Source: Myxococcota bacterium
GTDB taxonomy: Bacteria; Myxococcota; JACRCW01
Reading direction: 5' to 3'
NCBI GenBank assembly: GCA_040752415.1
Contig: JBFMGU010000331.1
Span: 1-10,473, forward strand
Length of the DNA stretch: 10,473 nt
Each line of letters opens with the position of its first letter. Positions within the stretch are counted from its first letter, which is position 1. Position numbers and translations under genes: made by a program. Below, in pieces: positions 7,553 to 10,473 of the stretch. The notes under the pieces were generated by a model. That model was not told where the DNA came from and did not search any database. It saw only the letters and a program-made list of their open reading frames with translations.

Positions 7553-7734
7553 GTCGGCGCGTTCTAGACCTCCCAGGGGGGGACGGCAACGCTGCCGGTG
7601 CGGCCACAGCCCGCGCTCTCCACGTCATGACGCGCCGCAAAATGGCGCCACCGCCCGTCGGAAACGCAAGCGTGGGCATTGACACATGGCGCCGCGCTCG
7701 GCTCCAACCCGCCCGATCCCCGACGGAGGAAACC

Positions 7735-8589
7735 ATGGGCGAATGGCGCGTGGCGGGACGGACCTGCCTGGTCACCGGCGCAAGCAGCGGCATTGGCCAG
7801 GAGGTGGCGCGCGCGCTGGCGGAGCGGGGCGCGCACGTCGTCATGGGCTGTCGCAGCGGGGCGCGGGGAGAGGCCGCGCGCGCCCGGATCACCGCCAGCA
7901 CCGGCAACCCGCACGTGGAGGTGATGGAGGTGGACACCGCCAGCCAGGCCTCGCTGCGACGCTTCGCCCGCGCCTTCACCGGGCAGCACCACGAGCTGGC
8001 CGTGCTGATCAACAACGCGGGCATGTGGTCGACCACACGCCAGCTCAGCCCCGAGGGCATTGAGCTCACCTGGGCCACCAACGTGCTGGGCTACTTCCTC
8101 CTCACCAACCTCTTGCTGCCCACGCTGCGCGCCAGCGCGCCCGCCCGCATCATCAACGTGGCCAGCAAGCTGGCGCGGGACCTGGAACTCTCCGACGTGC
8201 AGTTCACCCGTCGCCACTACAGCGGCATGACCGCCTACGCGCAGAGCAAGCAGGCCAACCGCATGTGGACCTACGCGCTGGAGCGCCGGCTCGCGGGCAG
8301 CGGCGTCACGACGTACGTGGTGCACCCCGGCGGCGTGAACACCGGCATCTTCCGGAAGGGCGGCGGGCTCTCCGGGCTGGGCGCGGGGCTGTACATGCGC
8401 CTGTTCGGAAAGACCGTGCAGCAGGGCGCCGACACCGTGGTCTACCTGGCCACCGACCCGCGGGTCTCCTCGAGGAGCGGACGCTACTGGGCGTACCGCC
8501 AGGAGACACCGTGTCGCTTCCGCAACGAGCAGGAAGAGGAGCGGTTGTGGAGCTTGTGCAAGGAGATGACGTCGGGGAGCGGAGCGTAA
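7735..8589 (+). CDS. Short-chain dehydrogenase/reductase (retinol dehydrogenase/WWOX-like classical SDR)
   Basis: GGAGG (7725-7729) precedes ATG 7735. Motifs TGASSGIG (NAD(P) binding), LINNAG, ATNVLGYFLLT, RIINVAS, catalytic YAQSK and VHPG. Confidence 0.95.
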   Translation: MGEWRVAGRTCLVTGASSGIGQEVARALAERGAHVVMGCRSGARGEAARARITASTGNPHVEVMEVDTASQASLRRFARAFTGQHHELAVLINNAGMWSTTRQLSPEGIELTWATNVLGYFLLTNLLLPTLRASAPARIINVASKLARDLELSDVQFTRRHYSGMTAYAQSKQANRMWTYALERRLAGSGVTTYVVHPGGVNTGIFRKGGGLSGLGAGLYMRLFGKTVQQGADTVVYLATDPRVSSRSGRYWAYRQETPCRFRNEQEEERLWSLCKEMTSGSGA

Positions 8590-8590
8590 C

Positions 8591-10042
8591 TCACGGCTCC
8601 GCGTCGACGTGGACGTGCGCCATCATGCCCGCCTCGGCGTGCTCGGCAATGTGGCAGTGGTACATCCAGTCGCCGGGATTGGACCAGAAGATCTCGATGG
8701 TGACCTCGGCGCCGCCGCCAATCAGCACGGTGTCCTTCCACCCCGGCTCCTGCGCCGCGCGCGAGGGCGAGAGGATGCGGAAGAACTGCCCGTGCAGGTG
8801 GAAGGGGTGCTCCATCCCCAGCTCGTTGATGATCTTCACCTGCGTGGTGGTGCCCGCCACCACCGCCCAGTGCTCCTCGTCCGGATAGGCGTTGCCGTTG
8901 ATGGTGAAGTGCACCTGTCCGTCGTTGTAGCCGCTCAAGGCCAGCGTCTTCTCCGGCGGGATGAGCGCGGGCATGTCCGGCATCTCCACCGTGGGCAGCA
9001 CCACCTGGCGCACCGGCTGCGCCTCCTCGTCGGTGTACTGGAACACCAGCTGCGGGTACGGCACCTCGATGACCTGGTCGTTGTCGTCCAGCTCCAACAC
9101 GTGCGAGAACAACGTGGCGCTGGCGCCGGGCACGTCGTCGAACGTGACGTCCAGGTCGTAGCGCTGGCCCACCGCCACCACGAGCCGGTCGGTGTCGTAG
9201 GGCTCCGGGAGCAGGCCGCCGTCGGTGCCAATCACGCGGAAGTACGCGCCTTCCAGGCTCAACGACATGGTGCGTGCGTTGGAGCCGTTGAAGATGCGCC
9301 AGCGCTCCCGCGTCCCCGCGCGCACGCTCACCGGCTCCTGCTCCGTCTTGCCGTTGATGAGCAACTCGTTCCCGCTCCGACCGTGCATGATGTCCATGCC
9401 CTCGGTGTTGAAGCGCGCAATCTGGTTGTCGGTGCGCAGGCGGATGTCGTCGGTGAAGATGATGCGCTCGCGGTCGAACTCCGGCGGCACCGCCTCCTGC
9501 ACGATGATGCTGCCCATCAGCCCGCGCTCAATCTGCTGCGGCGTGTTGTAGTGCGGGTGGTACCAGAAGCTCCCCGCGTCCGGCAGCGTGAACTGGTAGG
9601 TGAAGCTGGCGCCCGGCTCCACCGGGTCCTGCATCATCGGCGTGCCGTCCATGGCGTCGTCGATCCGCAGCCCGTGCCAGTGGATGGTGGTGGGCTCATC
9701 CAGGTTGTTGGTGAAGTGGATGATGAGCGTGTCGCCCACGCGCGCGCGGATGGTGGGGCCAGGGACCAGCCCGTTGAACGCAATCACGTCGGTCTGCTTG
9801 CCCGGGCGGAACTCATGCACCGTCAGCTCCGCGACGAGGTCCACCTCCACCACCATCGGGTCGGGGTTCTCGTCGGTGGCCGGCCTGCTGCCCCACAACT
9901 CCCCGAACGCCGGACGCAACGACTCCGGATCCGGCTGCTCCTGCTGCTGCTGCTCCTGCGGCGGACCCTCCTGCTTGGCCTGCTCACCACCACCACAACC
10001 CAGACACCAGAGCACCACCGCCGCCGCACCACGAGTCTTCAT
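8591..10042 (-). CDS. Three-domain multicopper oxidase (laccase/CueO-like), probable lipoprotein
   Basis: All four Cu-binding motifs are present: HWHG, WYHPH, HPFHLHG and HCHIAEHAEAGM. GGAGGT (10054-10049) lies 6 nt before ATG 10042. N-terminus MKTRGAAAVVLWCLGC is lipobox-like. Confidence 0.95.
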   Translation of the reverse strand: MKTRGAAAVVLWCLGCGGGEQAKQEGPPQEQQQQEQPDPESLRPAFGELWGSRPATDENPDPMVVEVDLVAELTVHEFRPGKQTDVIAFNGLVPGPTIRARVGDTLIIHFTNNLDEPTTIHWHGLRIDDAMDGTPMMQDPVEPGASFTYQFTLPDAGSFWYHPHYNTPQQIERGLMGSIIVQEAVPPEFDRERIIFTDDIRLRTDNQIARFNTEGMDIMHGRSGNELLINGKTEQEPVSVRAGTRERWRIFNGSNARTMSLSLEGAYFRVIGTDGGLLPEPYDTDRLVVAVGQRYDLDVTFDDVPGASATLFSHVLELDDNDQVIEVPYPQLVFQYTDEEAQPVRQVVLPTVEMPDMPALIPPEKTLALSGYNDGQVHFTINGNAYPDEEHWAVVAGTTTQVKIINELGMEHPFHLHGQFFRILSPSRAAQEPGWKDTVLIGGGAEVTIEIFWSNPGDWMYHCHIAEHAEAGMMAHVHVDAEP

Positions 10043-10320
10043 CACGCGACCTCCATACAAGGCGCGGCTCCTACATGGGCCCACTCGGGTTTTCAACCCC
10101 CTGGCGCGCGGGAAGCCGCGATGAGGCGGTGCCTCCGTGGCCGGGAGAGACTCGCGGAGACTCCAGGCCTCGACGTCAGCGTGGTCCGGAGAATGAAGCA
10201 ATCCGCCCCTCAGCTCGACCATGTGCCCTCGTAACGGATCTGTCCGGAATTCAGACAGCCTGACTGATTTTCAGACACCCCGCGCAAGCCGGTCCCCTGG
10301 AATCTCAAGCACTTTCGTCG

Positions 10321-10336
10321 TGGCACGCGCGCTGCT
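10321..10336 (+). promoter_or_regulatory. Putative sigma54 (-24/-12) promoter
   Basis: TGGCACGCGCGCTGCT has a perfect TGGCACG -24 box, exact GG-N10-GC spacing and a -12 box CTGCT with one mismatch to TTGCW. It is intergenic, and its target would be outside the window. Confidence 0.5.
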
Positions 10337-10361
10337 TTGCCCGGCCCGCCCCCCCGGCCCC

Positions 10362-10404
10362 AAGAACAAACCAGCCAGGCGGCGTGGCCACAATGCCTGG
10401 CTGG
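10362..10404 (-). terminator. Intrinsic terminator-like hairpin
   Basis: Perfect 10-bp inverted repeat CCAGCCAGGC (10371-10380) / GCCTGGCTGG (10395-10404) with a 14-nt loop, followed on the - strand by TTTGTTCTT. Confidence 0.6.
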
Positions 10405-10473
10405 GGGGCTAAGAGACAGTGGGGGTTGGCACGGAGATAAGCACCGGAATTGCCAGATTCCGACCGGGAAACC

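Noticed and set aside
5192..7567. 791-aa + strand ORF antisense to the E1 gene
   Set aside because: Shadow ORF from high-GC codon bias. It is in register with the real gene, His/Arg-rich and has no recognisable motifs.
7637..7650. Sigma54-like TGGCGCCATTTTGC on the - strand upstream of E1
   Set aside because: Spacing is GG-N9-GC, not the required N10.
7627..7734. 36-aa N-terminal extension of the SDR ORF
   Set aside because: GGAGG directly precedes ATG 7735 and the Rossmann motif starts right after it.
9935..9960. CAG/CTG trinucleotide run as a phase-variation locus
   Set aside because: It is short, interrupted and in frame, and encodes a Gln/Glu linker.
10068..10096. Possible sigma70 promoter for the oxidase (TTGAAA-17 nt-TAGGAG, - strand)
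   Set aside because: The position is plausible but the -10 match is too weak to call.
10043..10222. 60-aa N-terminal extension of the oxidase ORF
   Set aside because: A strong RBS and signal peptide begin at ATG 10042, and the extension looks non-coding.
8609..10234. 541-aa + strand ORF antisense to the multicopper oxidase
   Set aside because: Same antisense shadow effect. The - strand frame carries all the Cu-binding motifs.
10427..10443. Second + strand TGGCACG box (TGGCACGGAGATAAGCA)
   Set aside because: Spacing is GG-N11-GC and the -12 element is poor.

Overview
High-GC bacterial DNA that looks like Myxococcota (inferred from the Hanks-kinase/PEGA, REC-FHA and lipoprotein content). It holds eight plausible genes. 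A tightly packed + strand cluster (126-5017) encodes a membrane-anchored Ser/Thr pseudokinase (Zn-ribbon, degenerate kinase, TM, PEGA), an atypical receiver-Pro/Thr linker-FHA protein, DNA polymerase IV (dinB) and two uncharacterised lipoproteins. After it come a fused alpha/beta 2-oxoacid dehydrogenase E1 (- strand), an SDR oxidoreductase (+) and a lipoprotein-type three-domain multicopper oxidase (-). The last ~400 nt are intergenic, with sigma54-like motifs, dyad and direct repeats and a terminator-like hairpin. The most unusual element is the first gene pair: both signalling proteins have lost their phosphochemistry residues, the linker carries three F-x-T-P-x-T-x-P-G repeats next to an FHA domain, and the pair appears to be co-transcribed with dinB. 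I saw no rRNA, tRNA, CRISPR array or mobile element. All calls come from reading motifs by eye; no searches were run.
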